From Epiperipatus broadwayi (lineage: Eukaryota; Animalia; Onychophora): a stretch of 64,000 bases of DNA. The position numbers and the translations under genes were made by a program. Shown in pieces: positions 25,793 through 39,653 of the stretch. The notes under the pieces were generated by a model, which saw nothing but the letters and a program-made list of their open reading frames with translations, made no database searches and had not been told where the DNA came from. The DNA lies in NCBI GenBank assembly GCA_028023455.1, contig JAQFVV010000003.1:20584001-20648000 (forward strand), written 5' to 3'. Numbering within the stretch: the stretch's first letter is position 1; every line of letters starts with the position of its first letter.

Positions 25793-28425
25793 TGACTAAT
25801 TAGTAATTGACGATAATAAAATGTCAGTCTCCAAAACATATGGTTTTCTTTCTACTGAATTATTAGTTCCTTTAACTAAATTCATCCACGACAAACCATT
25901 TAAATAGATAGCAAAATATTTTAAAAGTTTCTGATAATTATTATTATTTTAACGAGTAATAAAAGAAAGTTAAAATTGTTATAGTTTATGTTAAACTAAA
26001 CTTCCAGTGAATTTACTCTAAAATAAGAAATTTTAAATGGTTTGTGATAAACATAGGACATAAATAAATAATAGATTTTATGTGAAATAGAATAAATTAT
26101 GTTTGATACCAGTGACACATTAGTTTCATAGAATAATGCTTTATTCATTAGTAAACAATTACTTAACATTTTGCTTTCTAAATTCTTCTTTCAATATTGC
26201 TGATTTAGATTTTCGATGAACTTGGGATGAGAAACCTATCACCTGATAGTTTTTTATGTACTCATTTTACTTGGAAAAAAAAATTAAACTTATTTTAAAA
26301 AAAAAACTTTAACTTTAATTATTAAGGCTTTAAACGGTTCTTTAGTATTTTCCAACAATGACGTATTACCATGAAGCCATATCAGTCTGATCTTCAGATC
26401 TTTAAGATAATGTCTCCAAGCAATTTGTGGACAAATACTATTGCTAAAATTTGTCCACAAATGACGTGGACCCGGCACGTTAAAGATAGCATGATCAGAC
26501 TGATATGGCTTCAGGGTAATACGTCATTGGTTGGAAAAAAAAAAAGTACATAAGTGCGTCAAAATAATTTAGAAATTAAAAGTAATTAAGTGTAAGTTTG
26601 ATAATTTAGAAATTGAAAGTAACTAAGTGTAAATTTTATAATTGCACAAATTTTTTTTTGTAAATTTAAAATAAATAGACAAATAAAGAATACTTTTCCC
26701 GATTATCTGGCATTATTAATGGCGACCTGGACAACGTACTCTATATTACGAATTTTTATAACAAAAAAATAAAAAAAATGTACTTGCGTTAAAAATTATC
26801 TTATCTTTACAACATTTCCGACGGTATTTAACTCAATTATTCATGTTAAAAATATATAAAACAAACAATTTGAAAATGTGTCTCATTTTTTGACTGAAAA
26901 TTAGAAAAGTCAGCGCGTAGCACTGTAATGGGTGGGGGGGGGTGGGTTTGTTTTTGATGGGCCAAAGGCACGGCCAATATTATGCTCAATTATAAAATAC
27001 AAAACCACAGACAACACCAGACATTGTATTACTCTCATAGCTGTAATTTTTATAATTGCAGATGAATTTAAAAAAAAAAAATTTCTGCACAATATAATTC
27101 AGAAATGAAAAAATTAATTAATTGTACTTTTTATAATTGCAGAAGAATTTACAAAATAATATACATCAAAATAACATTATTTATTAGAAACAAAAATGAA
27201 AATTACTTACAAATAGCGTCCACTGCGGTGGACTAGTAGCAAAGACAGACAAATGACAAAATTTCCCAAAGCTCTCTTCAATTTTTAAATCTCGCGGGTC
27301 AAAAAAATCCAAAAATTGGATTAATCATGTCAGTATCTTGGTTGACATGACAACGTTGTTATGTTATCATCGAAGATGTTTGCCGGAAGATAAATCGGTA
27401 AGTATAAAACGTCATCGGTTGAATAATACTAAAGTACCCTTTAAACTTCTGCTAGTAGTTCTCAAAAAGATGATTGACAAAAAAAATCATCATTAACATG
27501 TGGGCGTACATCTTTTAAAGCTTGCTAATGTCAATCATTTTGATTGACAGGAAACATCCTTTCTTCTTAATTTTTTAACCTCCAGAATAACAGTTAATTA
27601 GTATCTATGGTCTGAATTTAAAAATAGTAACAATTTAAATATTTACTAGACAATCAAACAATAGTCTAGGAATGTTAATAATTACCAATGATATAAACTA
27701 ATTAAGAAATTATATGGTTAAAATAGAATAAATTTTTTTTAAACTATATAATAATAATATTCTAGAATAATATTCAATATTCTAAAATAAATATTCTCAT
27801 TAATAAAAATAAAATAAAATTACTAATGCATACACAGTCACACACATTTAGAAATTATCCCATATCTTTTAAACTAATTTAACTCTTTCTTTTATATAGC
27901 ACTAAACTAATTACCTATTTTTCAAATCAACTAATTTAGTTTAATCTCTAAACTCCATTTTAATGATTCTATTTTAACAAATGGATTGATTATTATTAAG
28001 AAGTTTAAATAAAATACTTTATTATAATTATGACAACTACACATTAATTTCTAACACTAAAATTAAATTTAACTAGTATTATAGTTTATTCAGGCACCAA
28101 ATTGATATACTAGAATGTATTAGAATAATGTCAACTTCTTTAATATTAAGGTCCTATTAGCTATACTTGTGAATTTACATTATTAGAATCTATTTTAATC
28201 ATAACCTCAAAGTACTTTAATAAAACAATTAAATAAAATACAATAATATTTATTTAAGACAGAAATACTCAAAAATAATTTATTAGTTAGATTTGCATAT
28301 GATTATTTAATCTTAATAAATATGATTTGGAAAAATACTTTAACTTAATAACAATTTCCTCATAATTTTTTTTATTTATTATTAAATATCCTAAATGAAT
28401 GAACTATCAGCTTTATTGGCAAAGG
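25793..28425 (+). repeat. Local duplication, copy 2 (contains the 26334-27440 insertion and a donor-dead exon copy at 26167-26242)
   Basis: Collinear with 18668-20590. Confidence 0.9.
26334..27440. mobile_element. Non-autonomous TTAA-targeting TIR element (Kolobok-like), 1107 bp
   Basis: TTAA on both sides (26330-26333, 27441-27444); ~30-bp TIRs acggttctttagtattttccaacaatgacg / cgtcatcggttgaataatactaaagtaccct. Empty site ggctTTAAacttct at 19205 in the paralog. The Kolobok label is inferred from TTAA plus purine-start ends. Confidence 0.8.
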
Positions 28426-28509
28426 TTACAAAATATATAAATGTTTATATATATAATAAGAATATATTGCACCGGTTGAAATTGTATGTTAACTCAACAT
28501 GATTCACAG

Positions 28510-28622
28510 CCTGGGTAAAAAGACCTCGAATCCAACCGTATGCGAGATCAAAGATAAAGAATACGTATGGATTCTGCCCTGTTCACACACTCTCTAAACC
28601 TGCCAATAACAACATTTTCGAG
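28510..28622 (+). other. Candidate coding exon (WVKRPRIQPYARSKIKNTYGFCPVHTLSKPANNNIFE)
   Basis: cacAG acceptor, 113-nt open frame, GAG|GTAAGC donor; no recognised homology and no partner exons identified. Confidence 0.25.
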
Positions 28623-31600
28623 GTAAGCAATAAATCTTTTCTACACTCCGTAGCATCAATGGTGGAGCATGAGCCTCAACTAATTCTAACGTCTAATTCT
28701 AATATTGATTCTAATAAGACCTATTCATTTACTTAAATATAGGAATGGTATGTCTGTGACATTGAGTCATTAGATAGCAGCACAATAATTAATTAGAAAC
28801 GTTAATTTTAGAATAAAATGAATGGAGACGAACCACAAGTAGCTTAAATTCACATATGTATTTAATAAAACATTTATATAATTTTTCTAATGTCTCTCTG
28901 TTTTATTTCATAAATTTGTTAACATACATATTGATCCTGTCATTAATTATACCTCGAGTAAGGAAACGGTATACTTCATATGCCAATTTAACAAATGAAA
29001 CGAAGAGTTTTATGGTAGACGGCCACTCAGGTCTGAGATGTACGAGAAATATTTTAAATAACCCTATTTTAAATATAACTTTATTATAAGTGAAATTATT
29101 TTAAGAGAGAAATAATTGAATCACCTTTTAGGAATTAGTTTCGAAGAGAGTGACACGTTTAAAATATAAACAGATCGTGATATTTGCAACTAAATATTTC
29201 AAGATTGTAAAACAAATAAATTAATCAGACCGTAGTCAATCTGCCACGATGTGCTCAGAATAAAAGAAATTGGACAGACCCAGCATTTGATATTGCATCA
29301 CCAGCATAGACTCAATTCATCTGCCCCATTCCAGTGACACCAAAAAATAAAGAAAGAATGGTCTGCACCATTGGCAAACCTCAAGATATTTCAGGTGAAA
29401 GAATGGATTACCCCGGGTCTTCCGAAGTTGTTTTTCATATCCTGATAAAAAAATTCATAGTCAGTGAAATTATCACATGGTCTAATTCTGATTTAGCAAT
29501 CAGAAAAAACAAAAGACAAGTGATCAAGCAAAATGCTGGCAAGGCAAAATACAAGTACTATAAAAATACATTTTTAGAATTTAATATAAAATTGTACTGA
29601 GCTATTAAAGATTACACAAATGTTATACAGACTGACCAATATCAGACCAACAAGAATAAAATAAGCATTAATATTATTACAAATATCATTTTCTGGGCGA
29701 CATCTCTCTCCCCTCAAAACAAAATCCCACCAATATTTTTTAATTAAACATTTGATACTCTCTTTTACTATTTAGCAAGAATAAACTTTCTAAACTCCCT
29801 CCCTTTCATTCTTATAACAGGAAATAAGATAACTAAATAAAATCTCATACTTGATCTAGCGTCTCCCCAAAACTAAACCGTATACGCATAAAATATTTCA
29901 AAATATATAAAGTAATATAAAATTATTTCATCTCGACAAAAAAAGATTGCTCCAAGTATTAATCATTTAGAGCTAAAGAGTTAGTTATTTACTGACAGAC
30001 ATTGGTCGGGTAATAGGAAGTAAAATATTTAATTATATAAAATTTTTGTCAAGATGGAACAAATTAGTATAGAGTGATTTCATTTTAAATAAGACATTTA
30101 TCGGTCTTAAACAAATACATTCTTAAGTACATAATAATAATAAATTTTCTGAAACGCTTTAAGAGAAAGTTTAGCATTAAGAGGCATAACTTTAAAATAG
30201 ACAGAATGAGAGCAGAAACATTAAATTTAAATTTATAGAAAGTCAAAGGGTACAGAGTTTAGTTAAGGCAGTTATATTAAATTAAGGGGATTTCATTTAA
30301 GAAGACACTAAAGGTAGCAAAATTACATTATCAGGTCAACTGGAGTTTTGAGAATAAATCAGGCGGTTAGAAATAAACAAATTTGAAACATATTACCTAA
30401 TTTATTCTGAGTCTTTTGGAAATTTGGATCCTATGATGAAATACAAATTTCCGCACAGGCATAGCTAGCTATGAATTTAATTTGAGAGTTCACAGTTCAG
30501 CAGTCCAACAGTTACATATTATGATGAGGTTTCTCCAGCTTATGGTATTTTGGCGATCATACTTGGGATAGCGGGGAAGACAGGCAGGCTACAAGGCTAT
30601 CTACTCCACTACCATGCTTCTAAATATTTCATATTTATTGAAAATTTAACTGGCGTGGCTTCACTAGGCAATCAATGAACGAAAACTATGACTGGCTGAC
30701 CTCCATTGTTCTTGTGAGCTATTTATACCCTTTTCTGACTACCTTTGGGAAATTCCCTTTTTCTTCGCCGAAGGCTAAGTGGATATGTTAAAATTCCGGT
30801 GACCGCAATTATCGACTTAAAATATTTTGCATTGTATTCTTGAGATCCACTCTCCTGATACACCCAATGATTTTATTGTTTAAAATCTATTTTTAATTTA
30901 ATGTAGATTTGAAGATTTCATATTTCAAATATCTTTTCCATTTTAATTTTACTTTAATTAGAAAATTCCATTACCATTTTGTTAATGGATTTTCTTTTGT
31001 TTGACACTACGAAATGTTAGCAGGGTTTATCATGAAAGTGAATCTCCTGAATAAAATATTTAAAAAAAATAGCATATTAAAATTTATTTATTGATTTTTA
31101 TAAAAGTTTCCATCTGTAATTATATATATGTATTTACGCATATATATATCTGGGCCCCTCCAATATTTATAATAAAAACATCTTAAATAGAAAATTGATA
31201 TTGTAATCACTTATTTTCTGGTCTAAAAATTAAATGTATATAAACTGGCAGACGGAAAGTTTTATAAACATCGTAACACATGTGGATCTGGTTTGATCCT
31301 AGTCTAGCAATCTAGAAAAACATCGCTTCAATATATATTAATAAAAAATTGAGGGAACATATATATATATATTTTACTGAGTGTGTGTTCACTCATTCAT
31401 TGAAACAATAATAAGAAAGAAAAAATGTATTGCATCACTTTAAATTTTTTTGAAAAAAAAAAGGATTAGTAAAATCTCTGTCCTTCATTTCAATTAAATA
31501 TGCTCTAAACATTTTTCTATTCTTTCAATAACTTTATTGTAAAACTTTTAGCATTGTGCTTCAAAAACATTTTATTAAGCAGAATACTGAACATCAAATT

Positions 31601-32408
31601 TGAAAAATCTAATAAAAGAACAATAAATGTATGTGCTTTTAACATAAACCAAATAAATTTTATTAAAAATTATGATGATATGTAGTATTCTGAGGTAGAA
31701 TTTCTTTATAAATTTCATTTTTTTAAACATGATCACTTCTGATACTCAGGAAGAAATGGTTATTTGTGTATCATAAAATATATTAAATTTACAAATACAT
31801 ATATATAATTTTTGGCTAAAAATTATTAAAATAAAATTATCATAAATAATGTGAAGATTAATAAATCAATAAATAAATTTATAAAAATCTAGAGTTTTAT
31901 ATTAAATAAAATGCAGTTTGCTTTCGAAACGTAAAACTAAAAGTCTAAAGTGTTTTTTCTATTATTAGTGGTTTGAAATAAAAGTTATAATTAATTAATT
32001 AGAAGGGGGTAGAAAATATAAATCTTTACATGAAATAAAAATATCTCTCTTTTCATTCGATTTAAAGAAAAAAGATCTTTTCCCATTATTTGAAAGAAAT
32101 ATATATGTGCATAAATGACGAATTAATTTTAAGTATAAGAAAATGTGTGCGTGTTAATAAAATGAAATGGGAAAAATGAAATTATTGTAACACATAATTT
32201 GCAATGGCTATGAATTAAAAACAACAAATTTACAATGGCTACTAAGTTAAACAAAATCCACAAAACAACAAGTTTGTAATGGCCACTAATTAAAAGATCT
32301 CCAACAACAGGATTAAAAGCTTATCTAAGGAATTTCAACAACAAATACGGCTGGCGGCCACCAAAATGATAACAAGTCATCCTAATAAATAGTCGTTTTT
32401 TTATCGGA

Positions 32409-32745
32409 CAGTCAGTTAAGTTGAGATTACAGTCAGATCAGTGCAGTTCAGTCAATCAACCAGTCAGTCTATTATGTATCCAGAGCAATCATGCATTGTT
32501 AATCGTTGTTGGAAACATACAACTTTGCTCCAGCCTGAGTTCGATAAAACAGCCAACCTGCCCAAGAAAAGTAATGCCTGCCTAACAAACAACTTGAAAG
32601 TCCGTTTTCCATATCTGACTGTCTTAAAGAAAATGCCTCGGAATACTAAGCATTAAACCTTCTCAAGAAAAACCTCACATCCAACCGGTTGGAAAGATTT
32701 TCAATTAAAGTAACAACCAGCAGGAAGTCCACGTTCAAATCCTAG
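32409..32745 (+). promoter_or_regulatory. Candidate TSS cluster / first exon
   Basis: Several TCAGT/CAGT initiator-like motifs at 32409-32470, CpG-containing sequence, possible donor TAG|GTAATA at 32746. Confidence 0.35.
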
Positions 32746-35099
32746 GTAATAAATAACATTGTCTTATTTCCATTTCTAAGTAAAGTAGCTAATTCGAAGC
32801 CTCCCAGATTCAAATAATAATGAACTCTATAGCATGCATAAAGAACTATTGATATGCGTGTTTTGAAATGTTGTGTATGTGAATACTCTTTGTTATATTA
32901 TATTGATTTCATGTATTTATTTAAATGCTATGTATTATTTAATGCTTGTGTTATATTCTAGTTTATCGTATGAATTCAGAGTGTGCTTAGTCAGTATATG
33001 TAATTATCATTGTCTAATTTAATTAAGTTCTTTAAAAGTATTTAAAATCAGAATAATAAATATTTAGTCAAATAAATTACCTTGAAACGTAATATTTGTT
33101 GGTCAATTCTTTTACCATTAATTAAAGCAATAATGTGTTATTGTATTACAATTGATTGAGCTAGTCTTGGGATATTTCGAGTGCTGGATTATGGGCCTGT
33201 CCAAACACGTTAGTTCTCGTAACTAGCTGGCACATGAGTTTTACCTCAAAACAAATTAAGTGCTTAGATATTAGGAGTTTGAATCTAGCAGTCAAAGTGG
33301 GCCACGGTCTGGAAATGTGATCATGTTATGCATTGCATAGCTTGGTCTGACTGTGGGTATCATTTATCGACGGTATTCTCCTCTCTGCTTGAAGGGCCAG
33401 TCTGTTTACGTAATATTTATAATATAAAATTATAAATTTATGATAAACAAGGTTTGAACCCAGCTAAACCTACAAATAGATTACGCTGCATCATCTCTTC
33501 CGAATGAACCCAGTACAATACATAAACATTTAAAAATAAAGAAAAAGTTCTCATAATAGCTTGTAAAGTTAATGAATCATATAAAGGCAAGATATAAATA
33601 GTAAAAAAATACAAGTAAACAAAAATATAAGCATATAGATGTATAAACTTAATAATATTATTTAATTAAACATTACTATGATAAGATGTCAAATCTATTT
33701 TTAAATTTAACCACTTAACAACAACAATAAAAAAAAACAATAAAAGTTTTAGAGTGCTATTTTTAAATCTTATAAACACATTGATGGAAGAAAAAAGAAA
33801 GATATCATAAACCTGACTTCAAATTAAGTGAATTTCAAATGATTGTTGTTTGAGTTGCAAAATACATTATGTTCCAAACAAAATTAATTGACAATTTTAT
33901 AATAAAAAAACAAAAACAACTTAATAATTAAAAAAAGTAGGAAAGTATTACTTTTATTAATAATATAAATAAATGAAATATTCTATCTAACTTATAAACA
34001 TATTCTTTTTATTTTTAACTACCTGAATTATAAATGAATTTATAGCATTGGCAATGAATACTTTGAATAACAATGCTGTATACAAAAGCATTTTATATTT
34101 GTATATACAATTAATCTTAACTCTAATTGGGGTTTAAATTTTGAAATAATGTCCTAGAATAAATTGTAGTGAAACAAATAACCAGCAATAAAATTGTTCT
34201 GTTTTGAGAATATTATGAGACAATCTAATTCATTAAAAAACTGTATAAGGTTTGGAAAAGTCAGTAGTGAAAGAAGATAAGCAGCAATAAGATGGACTCT
34301 ATCACAACAATAATATGTTATTAAATTAAATAAATGATGTCATTCCTGAGAAATAATATCAATATGATTGCTAGAAATTGATCTGAAAACATCTAATAAG
34401 AAACAAAACTAACACAAACTATAGGCCAGTGTTAACTTTTGGTGACAATACCTGTTTCCTGGTTACATGATATGCCTTCATGCAAAATTGTATCATTAAT
34501 CTCTTATTTGCCCCTATTATTTTCAAATAAAATCTATAAATTTCATAATAGACAAATATTAATTCTTATTAAGCGCGATGTCAGCACGTAATACTTATAT
34601 AAGGCTAAAACCTTAGTACATGCGCCTTCCAGAGGAAGTTATCATTCAGACAATTTATTCTAAAATAAAATGATCATTGTGTCCACTAAATTTTTAACAC
34701 ACACACTCACAGACAACATGTAGTACTATTATTTAATAATATAAGATATATAGATGAAATAATAAAAAATGATGGCAAGATTATTTTTACCGGACAAATA
34801 TTTCCAATAATAAATAGATATCATTAATATATATGTACATATTGTAACAGTTAGATTCGTATGCCCCGCTAACATGCTGCAAAATCCAAGAACAATATAT
34901 GAAACTTAGCACCTCTGGGCAGGAATGCCTTCCAAAAAATCAAGTTTGAATCCTATTGGTCTGTGCTCCACAACCTAAACTATGTGAACAACACTTCTGA
35001 TGCTACTAATAGTTAATCTTCCTTTTATTCCTGGTGGTCAGGGAGAAACAAAAGACTCTAACTTAAATAAAATATGCCCTAGGTTTTCTAACAGATTTT

Positions 35100-35500
35100 C
35101 TATAGGTGATACAAAGTAAAGAACACTAAGATTAATATACTATAAAGTGGTGATATGAAACTGAGCTAACATAGTATGGATCATGTGGACCATCAATACT
35201 AACAACAGATGCAATTTAATATAAGATTTAAAGGATATATGAAAGATACAAAATATGATGCGTCTGTGTTAATTAAGCAGTGGCATCGACAAGGTGACAG
35301 TTAATATTTGCGCACCTACGTATATTAAACAATATCTATACAGTGTACTGTAATAAAATATTTAACTAATGTAATCTATACTTTCGAGGGTAAGGGTATG
35401 CAATATAATGTTATGACAATATGGCTTAAGGAAGTATTTCATGGTATAATGGATAGCTGTGAAGGTGTATGAGAATTATATGATCATTTTATAACCATGA
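35100..35500 (+). mobile_element. Decayed LINE RT fragment (RTE-like)
   Basis: KQWHRQGDS* resembles GLRQGDSLS; otherwise heavily broken. Confidence 0.35.
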
Positions 35501-36999
35501 ATATAATTATTTATTCTATTAGACAATTCATTATCATGATGATTTATTATATTAATCAAATAATGTTTGTTGGCATATGCAAGGGTAGGAAAAGATTAAA
35601 TCATAAGATGGCTCAGAAGTACAAGATTAATAGGATATCGGTGGTGCTGGTGGAGATTTTATACATATGAATGGAAAACGGTATATTAAAACCGTAAGGC
35701 TTTGTAGTTCACCATATATCTGAAGGTTTATCACATTAGCATCATCATGAGACTGGCTTTGTCCAGGTAAACTTCGTGACTGCGTGACTAAGGTCAGAAT
35801 TTCCAGGTGAGATTTCCATGTCCACTCTGGTCTGGCAATCGAAGAAATAGGGGACGGTCTTGGCTGTATATATCCTGATGAGGATTGACAAAGCATATGA
35901 TTCAATACTCTATGCATCTGCACTGGCAACACATGTATACAGATATTAAATTATAAATTTATATGAGCTTACTATTAAAATTGAGCATTAAAGAAGTATA
36001 TATATTCCTTATTTCAAATGAAATAAGTGATGTAAGTACAAGCAAAACTATATATAATATTATCATCGCAAAATAACTATGAGGGTGAGAGTGCATGATG
36101 AAAGGATTCTAGAAATTTAATATGCAATCATGCATGTATAGAGTATATTCACAATTATAATTTCGCACACATAATCGTTATCTTTAAATCAAATGGGCAC
36201 ATGTTGGTATAAACTAGCATAAATAAATTAAGAATGACGTAAAGATTATATGTATACAAGGTATTAATATATTTAAGATAACATTCGAGCTAGAAAATTA
36301 GCAATAGATTTGGTGCAAACAGTGGCTATTTACGTAATTAATCAGCTTGAATATGAAGCAGCATGATTATTAAATGGAAAAAAAGTTACTCACTCAGTCG
36401 AAGGTTATATAGGCATATCATCATAATGGAAAAAATACAAAGTGAATAATCTAATAATACATTTAAAATTGTTTACCCAAGTGTGAAAGTATAGCTGAGA
36501 AAAAAAAAAAGGTTAATTAGGTTACATATCTAGAGATTAGGTACATCATGGAGATGCAATTATAAATCTATAGTATGATTTAAATTCTATATACATTAAT
36601 TACAGAATTGCTATAGCTTAAGAGAAAGTGTAAAGAGTATTCAAGAACTCTTGGGATGATTACCTCGTGTAGTCAGCTGGAGAGTCCTAATGCACTTTAT
36701 AGTCTATTAATAATCACGAGCTATTTACAAGAGACCGTTCCACTGAGTATTTGGCTTTCATTCATTATGATATCATGAAGCTGAGATTAACAGCAGCAAC
36801 ATTTTATTCATTAGCAACAGCAACAGTAATTTCAAAGGCATATTCTTCTTATATTGGAGGGCATGAAAGTGGTATAGGGCTGCAGGATAACCAGTCTCTA
36901 AGTAGGAAAATAGTGCTCTGCCTGCTTCTACTCTCACATTTTATTTTGAGTAAGTTTAAACATAAAGATTTTAAAATAGAGCCATTAGAATATATTAGA

Positions 37000-38125
37000 T
37001 CATATAATGAAAGAATTATAAAAGAAGGAATTTATATCAATGAAATGAAACTTGTAATGAATAGTATGTTAATTGAAAAAAAAAAAGGATAATAGGTTGA
37101 TTTAAGTAAATAATTATAAGGGATTATTTTAAGAAAGGTATTTAAGAAACAAATGTAATGAAAAATTAAGATTGTTAGAAGAGTTTTAATTTTATTTGTT
37201 ATATATATTGTAGAATATTATCATTTGTATTTATTGTTTTTTATGTACTTTTAGTTGTTCTTTTATAAAAAATATAAAAGAATATAATCAAAGTGTTGGA
37301 ATATATTTTTGTATGTTATAAAAATTCATATAATAAATCAAGATTTATAAAGATGTTTGTGTGTGGTTTGTTGTATATATGAATAGTAAGAGAATAGCAA
37401 AATAGTATTTAATGGGTTAGAAGTAAAGGACAGGCAACAAAATGGGCGAGAAAGGTAGTATGATATGCAGAAGATTTGGATAAAGACTTTATGTCAGTAT
37501 ACTTGTGCAAAAGGTGGAATGATTGTGTTAGGAGGATTGTTGCAAGTGTTATACTGTCAAAAAAATGGGGTAGACAAATAGATGTATTAATAAAAAAATA
37601 GGGAACTGGAAAGATGAAAAACTAATGTGGAAAGTATAGTTTAAATATATATAGAAGTAAACAGAATATTGGGTGTGAGACAATTTACTATAGTAGCAAG
37701 GAAAGTAGGTTACTGTTTAAGGCTCAAACAGGATTATTAGCAATAAGGTAATATACACATAAATGGAAAAATGTGGGTGATTTAGTCTGCAAGTTATGTT
37801 AGGAAGGCATAAAAAAATATTAGCCTTTTGCTAATTGAATGTAAATGCTTACAAACAGAAAGGGTACAAATAATGAAGTTGTGTGAGAATAAATATAAGG
37901 AAAGTGATTGGTTTTTATGCTGGGTTTGGAAAAAGAAAAGGGAGGTCTAAACATAAAGGTCATACAGTGGACAACAATGATGTTGTGGAAATGGGATGGA
38001 GCAGGATAGAGAAAAATATGAGAAAAGGATATATGGAAAGGTAAGGTACAGAGGCTACCAGGTTTCTTTGGCGTCGAGAGATTCCCGACTTCAATAAAGG
38101 AGTAGCAATATCACATCACATCAAA
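37000..38125 (+). mobile_element. 3' end of a decayed non-LTR retrotransposon with C-terminal Cys/His knuckle
   Basis: IYYSSKESRLLFKAQTGLLAIR followed by CKLC…LLIECKCLQTER; ends in AATAAAGG and (ATCAC)n-like repeats at ~38094-38122. Confidence 0.6.
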
Positions 38126-38240
38126 TAAATAAATAGAGAAAATGTAAAAATGTTGAAATATGTCAAGTCTGATCATTACGATATATATTACTGAAGTTAG
38201 AAAGTCATAGAGCATAAGAATATTGGCGAAAACCGAGCAA

Positions 38241-38414
38241 TTATTTGGTTATAATACACATAGCAGGAAAATTAAAGTTTCAGATAGGTGATGACAATAT
38301 AGAAGTAAAATTAAGCTAAAATCTCTTATTTGGTTATAATACATATAGCATGTAAATTAAAGTTTCAGATAGGTGATGACAATATAGAAGTAAAATCAAG
38401 CCTAAAATCTCTTA
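38241..38414 (+). repeat. Tandem duplication, 85-bp unit x2
   Basis: ttatttggttataatac…tttcagataggtgatgacaatatagaagtaaaat…aaaatctc repeated at 38241 and 38326. Confidence 0.95.
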
Positions 38415-39071
38415 AGCGCTAAAGAAAAAAAATTGACAGTATACTTTTGAGTTTTTATTCACAAAACATTGATTGTATATACTAAAATTTGTAAAAAAAA
38501 AATATTGATAATCACATTTAGTCAGACATTTTAACTAAGTGAAAAGAATAATAGAAATAATTCAGCAGAAACAAAAGAATTTTAATTATCCTGAAGAGAA
38601 CTGTATTAGAATAATTGAGGGTATTTCTTCTAGGTTTTTTTTGGAGAGCCATTTATAGAAGGCTGATCTTTTATCAACATATAGTGAGTAATAAGTACAA
38701 AAAACATTCTGCCCTTATACAAATTATATAATATTGAATATTATATAAAAAAGCAGAGATTGCTAAATGAGTTTTTTTTATATATATATAAGCAATATGG
38801 TAAAAGAAAAATAAGTGAATATATTCTAAAGGTGATAAAAAAAGAATAACCAAGTTAAAAAGATCTTCATAAATGCGGATTTTTTTGTGTGCTGGTAGAA
38901 CTTTCATCAAATACTATATTTAGTCAAAACAAAAAATGCTTGCTGAAATTTATGGCAACATTTTATTTTCATTCCTGAGTTGTTTCTATAAACAAAAATG
39001 TGGTGTGACGACTAGTACATTCATCAACTATATCTGTAATCTTTTGAGTCTTGGTTGAAAAAACAAAAACT

Positions 39072-39177
39072 CGGTCAAGAGCGTTGGTGGTCGAGAGGTC
39101 AGCGACAGCTGCATTACAAGCAGTTTCCCGGTTTAGCGGGTTCGCTTCCTGGCTGATGCTATGACACATGAGAAAAA
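39072..39177 (+). mobile_element. tRNA-derived SINE, copy 1
   Basis: TSD AAAACAAAAACT (39060-39071, 39178-39189); A-box-like TGGTCGAGAGG, B-box-like GGGTTCGCTTCC, A-rich tail; homologous to 51005-51116. Confidence 0.85.
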
Positions 39178-39653
39178 AAAACAAAAACTTTTCACTCATA
39201 AATAATTTAAGTAGTTTATCTATAGTTAATCTAGTTAGGCATCCAATGGTAATCAGTAAATAGGTGTTTGGCTATTATTAGTTAGATGGTGAATGACAAA
39301 TCAATTTGTGCTAGTTAGATGAATTTGATGTGTAAATAGTAAAACTGAACAATATAATTACAATAAGATTTAGTCCTCATTAATGGCAGACATTATATTA
39401 ATATGGACGCTGATTTCAAAGTTTACCCTTATCTTAGATGGCAGTGTTCAAATAGATTCCTATTGCTTCATTAGCCTTCTGTAGCAACAAATGCTTATCA
39501 AAGAAGTTTAACAAGACAAAAATGTATCTAGATAGCTTGCTTGTTATTACTATTTAATAAAAACTAATGAAACAAAAATTAATTTGGAAATTTATAAATA
39601 GAGGAAGATAGCCAGGGTTCAAAACATTAGGATGTTAGCTTTAGATAGTGCTC

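Noticed and set aside
29334-29600. 88-aa plus-strand track ORF
   Set aside because: GTG start, no recognisable domain, AT-rich low-complexity tail.
35870-35915. CTGATGAGGATTGA…TCAATAC hammerhead-like start
   Set aside because: No GAAA core or cleavage arm; at most an unrecognisable relic.
35627-35932. 101-aa minus-strand track ORF
   Set aside because: No recognisable motif or splice context; lies in a GC-richer repeat-like patch where stop-free frames arise easily.
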